This document shows positions 18,037 through 28,077 of a stretch of DNA of 64,000 nt, one piece after another (within the stretch, counting starts at the first letter, position 1; each line of letters starts with the position of its first letter). The notes under the pieces are model-generated. The model did no database searches and was not told the DNA's origin. It saw nothing but the letters and a program-made list of their open reading frames with translations. Location of the stretch: assembly GCA_035637995.1 (NCBI GenBank), contig DASRAV010000057.1, positions 102 through 64,101 of the forward strand, given 5' to 3'. Source of the stretch: Conexibacter sp. (GTDB taxonomy: Bacteria; Actinomycetota; Thermoleophilia; Solirubrobacterales; Solirubrobacteraceae). Made by a program: the position numbers and the translations under genes.

Positions 18037-20520
18037 ATGGCTCAACAGACCCGCCGCCGCACACCCGCCAAGCCGGCGCGCAAGCGCACGCGCGCCAAAG
18101 CCCGTCCGCGCGCGCGCCGCGCGTCGTCTGCGGGACTGCCGCTCCCGCACCTGCCGGAGCTCTCCGCCCACCAGCTCGACCTGCTCGGCCTCGCGCTCGT
18201 CGCGGCCGGCATCTTCCTCGCGTTCGTCACGTACTTCGGCTCGGCCGGCGGCGAGGCCGGCGACGGCGCCAACGCCGGCCTGCGGCTGCTGATCGGCAAG
18301 CTCGCCTACGGCGCGCCGATCCTGCTCGCGATCGGCGGGGCGCTCGTCGTCGCACGCTCGATGATCCCGGCGACCCGTCCGCTGCGCACCGGGGTCTTCT
18401 GCCTGCTGTCGGCGCTCACGCTCGCGCTCGCCGCCGGCACCTTCGGGCTCGGCGGCGGCTCCGCGCACGGCGGTGGATGGGACGCGACCGTGCTCAAGCA
18501 GCGCGGCGGCGTCGCGGGGGAGGCGCTCTACCAGGTCTCCGCGCGGCTCGTATCCGACGTGGGCGCGCACATCATCGCCGTCTTCCTGTTTCTCGCCGGG
18601 CTGCTGCTGATCAGCGGCGTGACCGTCGCGGGGATCGTGCGCAGGGCGGGCGAGAGCGTCGTGGAGACGCGCCGCCGTGCCGCCACGCGCGTACCGGCGC
18701 CGCGGCCCGAGCCGATCGTCCCGCCCGAGCCCGAGAGCGAGCCGGTCGTCGTGCGTGCCACGCACGTGGAGGCGCCGTCGCTCGACGGGCGAGAGCGCTA
18801 TCCCGACATCTTCGGCGAGGAGATCGCGGCGCAGGAGGCGCAGCCGACGACCGAGTTCGAGGCCTCCGAGGATCCTGCGGCGGAGATCCCGGAGCTGGAG
18901 ATCGAGGAGCCCCAGGAGCCCGGCGTGACGGCCGGCGACGTCGATCCCGCCGAGCTGACCCCGCAGGGCCGCTACCGCGCCTCCGTCACCGACGATCCCG
19001 GCTTCGTGTGGAAGATCCCGACGGGCCGCTTCCTCAAGCGCTCCACTGCCGACCAGTCGCGCCCCGACACCGCCGGGCAGGAGAAGATCGCCACGCAGCT
19101 CGTCGAGGCGCTCGGCCACTTCGGCGTCGAGGCGAAGGTCGTCGGGATGACGGCCGGCCCGCACATCACCCGCTTCGAGCTGCGGCTCGCGCCCGGCACG
19201 AAGGTCGCGAAGGTCGCCCAGCTCAAGGACGACCTCGCCTACGCGCTCGCCGCGACGGAGATCCGCATCCTCGCGCCGATCCCCGGCAAGCAGGCGGTCG
19301 GGGTCGAGGTGCCCAACGCGCGCCGCCGGATCGTGCACCTCGGCGACGTCTTCCAGGAGCCGCCGGCCGACTGGTCGCCGCTGACGGTGTGGCTCGGCAA
19401 GGACGTCGCCGGCCGCGCGATCGGCGTCGACCTCGCGAAGATGCCGCACCTGCTCGTCGCAGGCACGACCGGCGCCGGCAAGTCCGGCTGCGTGAACGCG
19501 ATGCTCTCGAGCATCCTGCTGCACGCCGACCCGCACCAGGTGCGGCTCGTGCTCGTCGACCCCAAGCAGGTCGAGCTCAACCACTACGAGTCGATCCCGC
19601 ACCTGCTCACGCCGGTGATCACGAGCCCGCGGATGGCGGCGAACGCGCTGCAGAACCTCGTCAAGGAGATGGAGCAGCGCTACGGGATCATGTCGCTCGC
19701 GCGCACCCGCTCGCTGCCGGAGCTCAACAAGGCGCGCGCGGCGCGCGGCGAGCCGGCGCTGCCCTACATCCTGTGCGTGATCGACGAGCTCGCCGACCTG
19801 ATGATGGTCGCGCCGGCCGACGTCGAGGACTCGATCATCCGCCTCGCGCAGAAGGCGCGCGCGGTCGGCATCCACCTCGTGCTCGCGACCCAGAGCCCGC
19901 GCGTCGACGTCATCACCGGGATGATCAAGGCGAACGTCCCGTCGCGGATCGCGTTCGCCGTCTCCTCGCAGACGGACTCGCGCGTGATCCTCGACCAGAA
20001 CGGCGCCGAGTCGCTGCTGGGGCAGGGCGACATGCTGTTCTCGCCGGTCGGCACGTCGAAGCTGCAGCGGATCCAGGGCGCCTACATGGACGAGGCGCAG
20101 ATCGCCGAGCTGACCGAGCAGTGGCGCAAGCAGGGCGAGCCGGAGTTCCACGAGGAGCTGCTGGAGGAAGTCGTCGACGAGGGCGACGGCCCCACCGACG
20201 ACGACGGCTTCGACCCCGACGAGGATCCGCTGCTGCAGGAGGCGATCGGGCTCGTCGCGCAGATGGGCACCGCCTCGACCTCGATGCTCCAGCGGCGGCT
20301 GCGGCTCGGCTACACGCGCGCCGGTCGGCTGATCGACATGCTCGAGCGGCGCGGCATCATCTCCGGCTACGAGGGCTCCAAGCCGCGCCAGGTGCTGATC
20401 ACCGAGGCCGACGTGCCGCGGATCCTCGTCGCGCTCGCCGAAGGTCCCGGCGGCGCGCGGACGGAGGAGCCCGTGCACGTTCCCGCCGATGCCGGCGTGG
20501 ACGACGAGCCGGTCGCCTAG
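18037..20520 (+). CDS. ftsK: DNA translocase FtsK/SpoIIIE
   Basis: N-terminal TM segments. Walker A GTTGAGKS. Gamma domain (TSMLQRRLRLGYTRAGRLID). 827 aa. Confidence 0.96.
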   Translation: MAQQTRRRTPAKPARKRTRAKARPRARRASSAGLPLPHLPELSAHQLDLLGLALVAAGIFLAFVTYFGSAGGEAGDGANAGLRLLIGKLAYGAPILLAIGGALVVARSMIPATRPLRTGVFCLLSALTLALAAGTFGLGGGSAHGGGWDATVLKQRGGVAGEALYQVSARLVSDVGAHIIAVFLFLAGLLLISGVTVAGIVRRAGESVVETRRRAATRVPAPRPEPIVPPEPESEPVVVRATHVEAPSLDGRERYPDIFGEEIAAQEAQPTTEFEASEDPAAEIPELEIEEPQEPGVTAGDVDPAELTPQGRYRASVTDDPGFVWKIPTGRFLKRSTADQSRPDTAGQEKIATQLVEALGHFGVEAKVVGMTAGPHITRFELRLAPGTKVAKVAQLKDDLAYALAATEIRILAPIPGKQAVGVEVPNARRRIVHLGDVFQEPPADWSPLTVWLGKDVAGRAIGVDLAKMPHLLVAGTTGAGKSGCVNAMLSSILLHADPHQVRLVLVDPKQVELNHYESIPHLLTPVITSPRMAANALQNLVKEMEQRYGIMSLARTRSLPELNKARAARGEPALPYILCVIDELADLMMVAPADVEDSIIRLAQKARAVGIHLVLATQSPRVDVITGMIKANVPSRIAFAVSSQTDSRVILDQNGAESLLGQGDMLFSPVGTSKLQRIQGAYMDEAQIAELTEQWRKQGEPEFHEELLEEVVDEGDGPTDDDGFDPDEDPLLQEAIGLVAQMGTASTSMLQRRLRLGYTRAGRLIDMLERRGIISGYEGSKPRQVLITEADVPRILVALAEGPGGARTEEPVHVPADAGVDDEPVA

Positions 20521-20529
20521 ACTCGGCGC

Positions 20530-21339
20530 ATGCCGCACGCAGACTGCAACGGACAGCGCCTCTACTACGAGGTGCACGGCGAGGGCGAGCCGCTGCTCTG
20601 CATCCACGGCCTCAGCGTCGACACGCTCGGCTGGGCGCTGCAGGTGCCGGCCTGGTCCCAGCAGCACCGCACGATCGTCTTCGACAACCGCGACGTCGGG
20701 CAGTCCTCGCGCGCCGACGGCGAATACGAGATCGCCGACATGGCCGCGGACGCGCTCGCGCTCGCCGACACGCTCGAGCTCGAGCGCTTCCACCTGCTCG
20801 GCCTCTCGATGGGCGGCACGATCGCCCAGGAGCTGACGCTCGCGGCACCGGAGCGCGTGCAGTCGCTGACGCTCTGCGTCACGTTCGGCGGCGGCGGGGC
20901 CTGGGGGCGTGCGCAGGGCACCTCGTGGTCCAAGCGCGTGCTTTCGATGTCGAGAGAGGAGCGCGTCGAGGACCTGATGCTGCTGTGCTTCTCCGAGGCC
21001 TTCTACGAGAACGCCGAGCAGGTCGCGTTCCTGCGCCAGGCGCTGCTCGCCAACCCGCATCCGCAGGAGCCGGAGGCGTTCGGCCGCCAGCTGCTCGCGA
21101 CCTCGCGCCATGAGGCGCGCGACCGTCTCGGCGCGCTGTCGCTGCCCGTCCACGTGATCGGCGCCGAGCACGATCTGCTCGTGCCGGTGTGGAAGTCGCG
21201 CGAGCTGGCGGAGCTGATCCCCGGCGCCCGCCTCACCGTGCTCGAGGCGGCCGCGCACGGGGCGAACCTGGAGCGCGCGGTCGATTTCAACGCCGCGGTG
21301 ACGGACTTCCTCGCGGCGCTCGACGCGGCCGTCCGTTAA
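20530..21339 (+). CDS. Alpha/beta-fold hydrolase
   Basis: HG oxyanion motif (CIHGLS), nucleophile elbow GLSMGG, C-terminal His (AAHG). Confidence 0.85.
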   Translation: MPHADCNGQRLYYEVHGEGEPLLCIHGLSVDTLGWALQVPAWSQQHRTIVFDNRDVGQSSRADGEYEIADMAADALALADTLELERFHLLGLSMGGTIAQELTLAAPERVQSLTLCVTFGGGGAWGRAQGTSWSKRVLSMSREERVEDLMLLCFSEAFYENAEQVAFLRQALLANPHPQEPEAFGRQLLATSRHEARDRLGALSLPVHVIGAEHDLLVPVWKSRELAELIPGARLTVLEAAAHGANLERAVDFNAAVTDFLAALDAAVR

Positions 21340-21391
21340 TTCCCTGGAAATCGCTGGCGGACGGGCGGTTTCGCCGCTAGCCTTCCGCCGC

Positions 21392-22159
21392 ATGCCGGAG
21401 ATCGGACCCAGCCTCCGCGAAGCGCGTATGCGCGCCAAGATCGACATCACCGAGGTCGAGGAGGCGACGAAGATCCGCGCGAAGTACCTGCGCGCGCTCG
21501 AGAACGAGGAGTGGAACCTGCTGCCGGGCTCCACGTTCGTCAAGAGCTTCCTGCGCGAGTACGCCGACTACCTCGGCCTCGACGCGCGCCTGCTGGTGGA
21601 GGAGTACAAGCTGCGCTTCGAGCGTCCCAGCGAGCAGGAGCTGACGCCGATCACCCCGAACCTCGGGCAGGACCGCCGCCGGGGCGGCGGCTTCGTGCCG
21701 CCGCGCTGGCTGGTGATCGTCGGCCTGATCGCCGCGCTGCTCGTCGCGCTGGCCCTGGTGGGGTCGATCGGCGGTGGCGACAAGCAGCCCGCACCGGCCG
21801 GCGAGCGCACGACCCGCACGACGCCGACGACCGGGAGCACGACGACGCAGCCGGCTAGCACGACGCCCGCCGCGCCGACGCGCGCGAGCGTGCGGATCGT
21901 GCCGACCGGTGCGCTCTACGTCTGCCTGGTGGACCAGCGCGGCAGGGTCCTGATCCCCGGCTCGGTGTTCAGCGCGGGCGAGCAGGTGCCGGTCTATCGT
22001 GCAGCGTCGATGCGCCTGACGCTCGGCAACAACCAGGTCCAGCTCACGGTCAACGGGCACGCGGTGCCCGTGCCGGGCTCCACCACGGCGATCGCGTACA
22101 CGCTCACGCCCGCAGGCGCGCGGCCGCTGGCGGCGGCCCAGGCGCCAACGTGCACGTGA
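21392..22159 (+). CDS. RodZ-like HTH membrane protein (HTH + single TM + DUF4115-like C-terminus)
   Basis: N-terminal [36 protein letters not shown] segment [18 protein letters not shown]. Thr/Pro linker and a beta-rich C-terminal domain. Confidence 0.75.
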   Translation: MPEIGPSLREARMRAKIDITEVEEATKIRAKYLRALENEEWNLLPGSTFVKSFLREYADYLGLDARLLVEEYKLRFERPSEQELTPITPNLGQDRRRGGGFVPPRWLVIVGLIAALLVALALVGSIGGGDKQPAPAGERTTRTTPTTGSTTTQPASTTPAAPTRASVRIVPTGALYVCLVDQRGRVLIPGSVFSAGEQVPVYRAASMRLTLGNNQVQLTVNGHAVPVPGSTTAIAYTLTPAGARPLAAAQAPTCT

Positions 22160-23466
22160 GCGCCCGCGCCGGCATCGTCGTCACGGGGACGGAGGTCCTC
22201 AACGGGATCATCTCCGACCGCAACGGCCCATGGCTCTCCGAGCGCCTGCGCGGGCTCGGCGTCGACCTCGCCCACATCGCGATCGTCGGCGACCGCCGCG
22301 AGGACATGGACGCCGCGCTGCGCTTCCTCGCCGGCGAGCGGGTCGACCTGATCGTCACGAGCGGCGGCCTCGGCCCGACGGCGGACGACCTCACGACGGA
22401 GGTCGTGGCGGCCTTCTGCGGACGGCCGCTCGTGCTCGACGAACAGCTCGAACAGCGCATCACAGCGATCGTCGCGCCGCTGATCGCGCGCTGGCCGAAC
22501 GTCGACCCCGAGGCGATGCGCCGCGGCACGCGCAAGCAGGCGCACGTGCCGCAGGGCGCGACGATCCTCGAGCCGGTCGGGACCGCGCCGGGCGTCGTCG
22601 TGCCGCCGGGCGCGGGCTCCGACCCGTCCGGTCCCACGGTCGTCGTGCTGCCGGGCCCGCCGCGCGAGCTGCGCCCGATGTGGGAGGCGGCGTGCGCGAC
22701 GGACGCGTTCCGGGTCGCGACGCGCGGCGCCACGACGTATCACCAGGGCATCCTGCGGCTCGTCGGGATGCCCGAGTCCGAGATCGCCGACACGCTGCTG
22801 CACGCCGAGCGCGAGGGGCTCGACCTCGACGCGCTGGAGATCACGACCTGCCTGCGGCGCGGCGAGATCGAGATCGCCACGCGCTACGAGCCGGCGGGGG
22901 AGGCGGCGTACGCGGCGCTCGTCGCGCTCGTGCGCGAGCGCCACGCCGCGCAGCTGTTCTCCGATGACGGCTCGACGATCGACGAGCAGGTCGCGGCGCT
23001 GCTGCGCGGCCCGCCGGCGCGCACGGTCGCGCTCGCGGAGTCGTGCACCGGCGGGCTGCTCGCCGCTCGTCTGACGGACCGCCCCGGCGCCTCCGCCTAC
23101 GTGGCGGGCGGGCTCGTCGTCTACTCGAACGCGGCGAAGGTCGCGCTCGCCGGGGTCGACTCCGAGCTGATCGCGCGGGTGGGAGCGGTCTCGCCCGAGG
23201 TCGCCGACGCGCTCGCCGATGGCGCGCTCGCCCGTTTCGACGCCGACGTCGGCATCGGCGTCACGGGGATCGCGGGGCCGGACGGCGGCACGGCGGAGAA
23301 GCCCGTTGGGCGCGTGCACGTGTCCGTCGCCGAGCGCGCCGGAGCACGCGTCGCACGCCAGCTCGACCTGCCCGGCGGTCGCGCCGACGTGCGCGATCGC
23401 ACGACGACGATCGCGCTGCATCTGCTGCGGCGACTGCTGCGGGGGGAAGTCGACGGGCCCGGATGA
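22150..23466 (+). CDS. cinA: CinA-family protein (MoCF-binding domain + nicotinamide-nucleotide amidohydrolase PncC domain)
   Basis: GTG 22150. [30 protein letters not shown]-terminal ESCTGG...[10 protein letters not shown]. Confidence 0.92.
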   Translation: MHVSARAGIVVTGTEVLNGIISDRNGPWLSERLRGLGVDLAHIAIVGDRREDMDAALRFLAGERVDLIVTSGGLGPTADDLTTEVVAAFCGRPLVLDEQLEQRITAIVAPLIARWPNVDPEAMRRGTRKQAHVPQGATILEPVGTAPGVVVPPGAGSDPSGPTVVVLPGPPRELRPMWEAACATDAFRVATRGATTYHQGILRLVGMPESEIADTLLHAEREGLDLDALEITTCLRRGEIEIATRYEPAGEAAYAALVALVRERHAAQLFSDDGSTIDEQVAALLRGPPARTVALAESCTGGLLAARLTDRPGASAYVAGGLVVYSNAAKVALAGVDSELIARVGAVSPEVADALADGALARFDADVGIGVTGIAGPDGGTAEKPVGRVHVSVAERAGARVARQLDLPGGRADVRDRTTTIALHLLRRLLRGEVDGPG

Positions 23467-23556
23467 CCGCCTGACCATGTCCTCGGATCTCGAAGTGCTG
23501 AGCACGCCTTCGATCCTGCGTCCTCGTCAGGCCGCATCCGGACGCCGTCGAACCGT

Positions 23557-24114
23557 GTGACCGCCCGCCTCTTCATCGCGCTCGACCTGCCGCCGGCGAT
23601 CGTCGAGGCGCTCGTGGCGTGGCGGGCGCCGCTGCTGGCGGGCAGCGAGCGCCTGCGGGCGGTCGCGCCCGAGGCGCTGCACGTGACCCTGTGCTTCCTC
23701 GGCGAGCGGGCGCAGGCGGCGATCGAGCCGCTCGGGCGGATCGTCGAGCGGGTGGCGGAGCCGGCGGGCGGGCTTGCGCTCGGTGGGCCGCTGTGGCTCC
23801 CGCGCCGACGTCCGCGCGTGCTGGCGGCCGCGCTCGAGGACCACCATGGGACGCTCGGCGCGTTGCAGGCACGGCTGATGGACGCGCTCGCCGCGGACGA
23901 CTGGCATGCGCCCGACGCGCACGGCTCGCAGCGGGCCTATCTGCCGCACGTGACCGTCGCGCGCGTACGCGACGGCGCCGGGCCGCTCGGCGATCGGGAG
24001 ATCGCGCCGCCCCCGCCGCTCGCCTTCGAGGGCGCCGCGCTCACGCTCTACCGCTCGCAGCTCGAGCCGACCGGCGCGCGCTATCGCGCGGAGCGCCGCG
24101 TCACGCTCGCGTGA
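23557..24114 (+). CDS. thpR: RNA 2',3'-cyclic phosphodiesterase (2'-5' RNA ligase LigT/ThpR family)
   Basis: Two HxT motifs (LHVTLCFLG and LPHVTVARV). 185 aa. Confidence 0.85.
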   Translation: MTARLFIALDLPPAIVEALVAWRAPLLAGSERLRAVAPEALHVTLCFLGERAQAAIEPLGRIVERVAEPAGGLALGGPLWLPRRRPRVLAAALEDHHGTLGALQARLMDALAADDWHAPDAHGSQRAYLPHVTVARVRDGAGPLGDREIAPPPPLAFEGAALTLYRSQLEPTGARYRAERRVTLA

Positions 24115-24183
24115 GCGTCGTTGCGGTCGCCGTGTTGCGCCGTTGCGGCCGCGCGCCCTAGCGTGGGGGACGCCCTGCGGTCG

Positions 24184-24197
24184 CGAACGCGTGTTCG
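24184..24197. promoter_or_regulatory. LexA SOS box (Cheo-box type CGAAC-N4-GTTCG) upstream of recA
   Basis: CGAACGCGTGTTCG palindrome 66 nt upstream of the recA ATG. It matches the Gram-positive/actinobacterial GAAC-N4-GTTC consensus. Confidence 0.8.
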
Positions 24198-24262
24198 CAT
24201 CCGTTCCGTCCGATGCGGGGCGTACCTTCGACCACTCACGTGAGCACAAGGAGCTGCGAGAC

Positions 24263-25351
24263 ATGAGCGACGAAAAGGCCGAGAAGGCCCGCCAGGCTGC
24301 CCTGCAGGGCGCGCTGACCCAGATCGAGCGCCAGTTCGGGAAGGGCACCGTCATGCGCATGGGCGATCCCGGTGCGCAGGTGCGCGTCAACGCGATCCCG
24401 ACCGGCGCGCTCTCGCTCGACCTCGCGCTCGGCATCGGGGGCGTCCCGCGCGGGCGCATCATCGAGATCTTCGGCCCGGAGTCCTCCGGCAAGACCACGC
24501 TCGTCTACCACGTGATCGCCGAGGCGCAGAAGCTCGGCGGCACGTGCGCCTTCATCGACGCCGAGCACGCGATGGACCCGCTCTACGCGAAGGAGATCGG
24601 GGTCGACATCGACTCGCTGCTCGTCTCTCAGCCCGACTACGGCGAGCAGGCGCTCGAAGTCGCGGACATGCTCGTGCGCTCCGGCGCCGTCGACGTCGTG
24701 TCGGTCGACTCGGTCGCGGCGCTGACGCCGCGCGCCGAGCTCGAGGGGCAGATGGGCGACCAGACGGTCGGCGTGCAGGCGCGGATGATGTCGCAGGCGA
24801 TGCGCAAGCTCACCGCGAACCTCAACCGCACGCAGACGCTCTGCATCTTCACGAACCAGATCCGCGAGAAGGTCGGCGTGATGTTCGGCTCGCCGGAGAC
24901 GCAGCCGGGCGGTCGCGCGCTGAAGTTCTACTCCTCGCAGCGGCTCGACATCCGCCGCATCGAGACGATCAAGGACGGGACCGAGGCGGTCGGCAACCGC
25001 GTGCGCGTGAAGGTCGTCAAGAACAAGGTCGCCGCGCCGTTCAAGCAGGCGGAGTTCGAGATCGAGTTCGGCAAGGGCATCTCGACCGAGGGCTGCCTGA
25101 TCGACCACGGCATCGAGCACAACATCGTCACGAAGTCCGGCTCCTTCTTCTCCTATGGAGACGAGCGGCTCGGACAGGGACGCAACAACGCGAAGGCGTT
25201 TCTGGTCGAGCACCCCGAGGTCGCGAAGGAGATCGAGGACAAGATCTACGCCGCGCTCGGCCTCAGTCGCGACCTCGTCGCGCCGATCGAGCCCGACGCG
25301 GCAGCGGTCGTCGCCGAGGTCGAGGAGCTCGAGCCGGCGGCCGCCGCGTAG
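24263..25351 (+). CDS. recA: Recombinase RecA
   Basis: ATG 24263 ([28 protein letters not shown]). Walker [10 protein letters not shown]. No intein. Confidence 0.98.
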   Translation: MSDEKAEKARQAALQGALTQIERQFGKGTVMRMGDPGAQVRVNAIPTGALSLDLALGIGGVPRGRIIEIFGPESSGKTTLVYHVIAEAQKLGGTCAFIDAEHAMDPLYAKEIGVDIDSLLVSQPDYGEQALEVADMLVRSGAVDVVSVDSVAALTPRAELEGQMGDQTVGVQARMMSQAMRKLTANLNRTQTLCIFTNQIREKVGVMFGSPETQPGGRALKFYSSQRLDIRRIETIKDGTEAVGNRVRVKVVKNKVAAPFKQAEFEIEFGKGISTEGCLIDHGIEHNIVTKSGSFFSYGDERLGQGRNNAKAFLVEHPEVAKEIEDKIYAALGLSRDLVAPIEPDAAAVVAEVEELEPAAAA

Positions 25352-25363
25352 CCGCCGCGCGCG

Positions 25364-25873
25364 ATGCGCTCCGACAGCAGCGCCACGCTCGTGCGGGCGC
25401 TCGATCCTGCGCTGCGGCTCCAGCACGCGCTCGATCTCGCCTTCCGGTACCTCGGGCGGCGCGATCGCACGGTCCTCGAGGTGCGCCGGTACCTGGAGGG
25501 CAAGCGCGTCGAGCCGCCCGCGATCGAGGAGGCGCTCGCAGAGCTCGAGACGCAGGGCTACCTCGACGACGCCGGCTTCGCACGGCGCTTCGCCGAGGAC
25601 AAGCGGCTGCTCGAGGACTGGGGCGCGGACCGCATCGAACGCCGGCTGGTCGCGCTCGGCGTGCCGCTCGAGATCGTGCGCGACACCGTCTCCGCGCGCG
25701 ACCGCGCCGGCGAGCTGGAGGCGGCGCGCGCGCTGCTGGCACGGCGCTTCCCGCTGCTCGACGACGACCCGCGCGAGCGGCGGCGAGCGCTCGGCGTGCT
25801 CGTGCGCAAGGGCTACGAGCCCGAGCTCGCCGCCGACGCGGTCCGCGCCCATGTGCGCGGCTCCGAGGACTGA
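25364..25873 (+). CDS. recX: Recombination regulator RecX
   Basis: 169 aa immediately after recA. Three-helix repeat pattern ([23 protein letters not shown]..., [15 protein letters not shown]). Confidence 0.9.
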   Translation: MRSDSSATLVRALDPALRLQHALDLAFRYLGRRDRTVLEVRRYLEGKRVEPPAIEEALAELETQGYLDDAGFARRFAEDKRLLEDWGADRIERRLVALGVPLEIVRDTVSARDRAGELEAARALLARRFPLLDDDPRERRRALGVLVRKGYEPELAADAVRAHVRGSED

Positions 25874-26226
25874 CGCGGCACACCCGATTCGGGCGCGGCG
25901 ACGTCCGGCGATTGCGCAGCATGGTTCGCGGTACTACGATCCCGAGCAGCGAACGACCGTCCCGCAAGGGCTCGAAACACCAGCAAATCCCCTGAAAGAT
26001 TCGGAACGAGACGCTTCCCCCAGCAACCCCCGTCCCAGCAGGTCCGCCGGCTCCACGTTCCGGCGTGTACTGACGTCGACCCCCGGCAGCCGTGCCGGCG
26101 TGGGTTCGATGCGCGGCACACTGCCGCAACCACCGCTTCGTGCATCGTGCACGGCCGGTCCTTCGCTCCCCGAAACGGATAGTGACCAGCATCGCCGCCC
26201 GGCGACGCTGAGGAAGAGGAACGGCA

Positions 26227-27669
26227 ATGGAGATCGTGATCGCGGCGGCGCTGCTGGCGGTGGGCCTTGTGCTCGCGGCGCTGCTCTCTGGTCGTGGACC
26301 GCGCGGCACGTCCGATCGCATGAGCGGCCGCCGCACCGTCGACACGGACGCTGCGCTGAGCGAGCGCCGCGCCGAGATCGTCCGCATCGAGGAGCGGATC
26401 CTCGGCAAGGAGGAGGCGCTCGACGCCCAGCGCGCTGAGATCGCACGGCGCGACCGCACGCTCGAGGAGCGCACGGCGGCGCTGGCGGCGCAGGCGGACG
26501 CGCTTGCGGTGAGCCGCCAGGAGCTCGAGCGCCAGCTCGAGCGCGTCGCGGGCGTCACCGCCGCGCAGGCCAAGCAGCTGCTGCTGAAGGAGCTCGAGGA
26601 TCAGGTCCGCCACGACTCCGCGAAGCTCGTGCGCCAGATCGAGGAGGAGACCAAGCGCGACGCCGACCGCCGCGTGCGCAACATCCTCTCGGTCTGCATG
26701 CAGCGAATCGCCGCCGGCCACGCGACCGAGACGACCGTCTCCGTCGTCCAGCTCGCGTCCGACGACATGAAGGGGCGCGTGATCGGCCGCGAAGGCCGCA
26801 ACATCCGCGCGCTCGAGAACCTCACCGGCGTGGACTTCATCATCGACGACACGCCGAACGCGGTCGTGCTGTCGGGGTTCGACGGCGTGCGGCGCGAGAT
26901 CGCGCGGATGACGCTCGAGAAGCTGCTGGCGGACGGGCGCATCCACCCGGCGCGGATCGAGGAGATGTTCTACCAGGCGAAGTCCGAGCTCGAAGACCAC
27001 ATCGTCGAGCTCGGCGAGGGGGCCGTCTTCGAAGCGAACGTCCAGGGCCTCGACCCCGAGCTGGCGAAGGTGCTCGGGCGCCTGAAGTTCCGCACCAGCT
27101 ACGGCCAGAACGTGCTCGCCCACTCGATCGAGTGCGCCCATCTCGCAGCGCTGATGGCCGAGGAGCTCGGCGCTTCGGCGAAGACGGCGCGCCGCGCCGC
27201 GCTGCTGCACGACATCGGCAAGGCGGTCTCGCACGAGATCGAGGGACCGCATGCGCTCGTCGGCGGCGACCTCGCGCGTCGCCACGGCGAGCCGGAGGCG
27301 GTCGCGCATGCGATGGAGGCGCATCACAACGAGGTCGAGCCGCAGACGGTCGAGGCCGTGATCGTGCAGGCGGCGGACGCGTTGTCGGGCGCCCGTCCCG
27401 GTGCGCGCGGCGAGTCGCTGGAGTCCTACGTCAAGCGCCTGCGCGAGCTCGAGCAGATCGCGATGCGCCATCCGGGCGTCGAGAAGGTCTACGCGATGCA
27501 GGCCGGGCGCGAGATCCGCGTGATGGTCGCCCCGGCCACGCTCGACGACGACGCCGCCGTCCTGCTCTCGCACACGATCGCCCGCGAGATCGAGAAGGAG
27601 CTCGAGTACCCGGGCCAGATCAAGGTCACCGTCATCCGCGAGTCGCGCGCGACGGAGTACGCCAAATAG
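26227..27669 (+). CDS. rny: Ribonuclease Y
   Basis: N-terminal TM, coiled coil, KH (GRVIGREGRNIRALE), HD domain (LLHDIGKA). SD GAGGAAGAGGA precedes the ATG. Confidence 0.95.
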   Translation: MEIVIAAALLAVGLVLAALLSGRGPRGTSDRMSGRRTVDTDAALSERRAEIVRIEERILGKEEALDAQRAEIARRDRTLEERTAALAAQADALAVSRQELERQLERVAGVTAAQAKQLLLKELEDQVRHDSAKLVRQIEEETKRDADRRVRNILSVCMQRIAAGHATETTVSVVQLASDDMKGRVIGREGRNIRALENLTGVDFIIDDTPNAVVLSGFDGVRREIARMTLEKLLADGRIHPARIEEMFYQAKSELEDHIVELGEGAVFEANVQGLDPELAKVLGRLKFRTSYGQNVLAHSIECAHLAALMAEELGASAKTARRAALLHDIGKAVSHEIEGPHALVGGDLARRHGEPEAVAHAMEAHHNEVEPQTVEAVIVQAADALSGARPGARGESLESYVKRLRELEQIAMRHPGVEKVYAMQAGREIRVMVAPATLDDDAAVLLSHTIAREIEKELEYPGQIKVTVIRESRATEYAK

Positions 27670-27750
27670 TGTTGTGTGGCGGCGGTGTTGCGAGGTACGC
27701 TTCACGCGATGACCAGGCGATGAGCTTCATGCACATCACCAGCTGTTCGG

Positions 27751-27772
27751 GCCCGGGGTGACGACCCCGGGC
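27751..27772 (+). terminator. Putative intrinsic terminator after rny
   Basis: GCCCGGGG-TGACGA-CCCCGGGC (8-bp GC stem) followed by TCCTTTCGTTC. Confidence 0.55.
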
Positions 27773-27829
27773 TCCTTTCGTTCAGGAGCGGTCCGACGAC
27801 CGTACGTTGCGGCCGCCGGACCTCGTCCG

Positions 27830-27889
27830 CTAACGCATCATCCGATGGATGACCACGAGCAGAACGATGACCACTGCGAGTTGTTCCAT
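27830..27889 (-). CDS. Candidate 19-aa hydrophobic micro-protein (MEQLAVVIVLLVVIHRMMR)
   Basis: Not in the ORF track because it is too short. The ATG is preceded at 7-nt spacing by AGAAAGGAGGTGA, a 13-nt perfect complement to the canonical 16S 3' end (..UCACCUCCUUUCU). Confidence 0.4.
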   Translation of the reverse strand: MEQLAVVIVLLVVIHRMMR

Positions 27890-27959
27890 GCACTCACCTC
27901 CTTTCTCGGGGCCGTCGCCCCGCGCGGCGGTTGAGCCGCCGCGAACCGGGAGGTGCGCG

Positions 27960-28019
27960 ATGGAGGTCGCGCTGATCACAGAGCTGTCGTATTGGGGCCA
28001 GTTCGCCGCGATTGCGTGA
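27960..28019 (+). CDS. Candidate 19-codon upstream ORF in the miaB leader (MEVALITELSYWGQFAAIA)
   Basis: GGGAGG lies 6 nt before ATG 27960. The stop is 58 nt before the miaB ATG. There is no other support. Confidence 0.22.
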   Translation: MEVALITELSYWGQFAAIA

Positions 28020-28077
28020 CGCGGCTGAGGTGTCGCAGGGTCTGCGAGAAGATGGAACGGCGTTACTCTTCGCCGTG

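Noticed and set aside
17995-21543. 1182-aa ORF antisense to ftsK and the hydrolase gene
   Set aside because: It is the longest ORF in the track, but it lies opposite FtsK (Walker A, gamma domain). Its low-complexity R/A/G/L composition marks it as a shadow ORF.
26095-26120. GGGTTCGATGCG string resembling a tRNA T-loop in the rny leader (similar GGTTCG strings near 7615 and 57545)
   Set aside because: The flanking bases cannot form a T-stem. No acceptor, D or anticodon arms could be drawn. No tRNA is called anywhere in the window.
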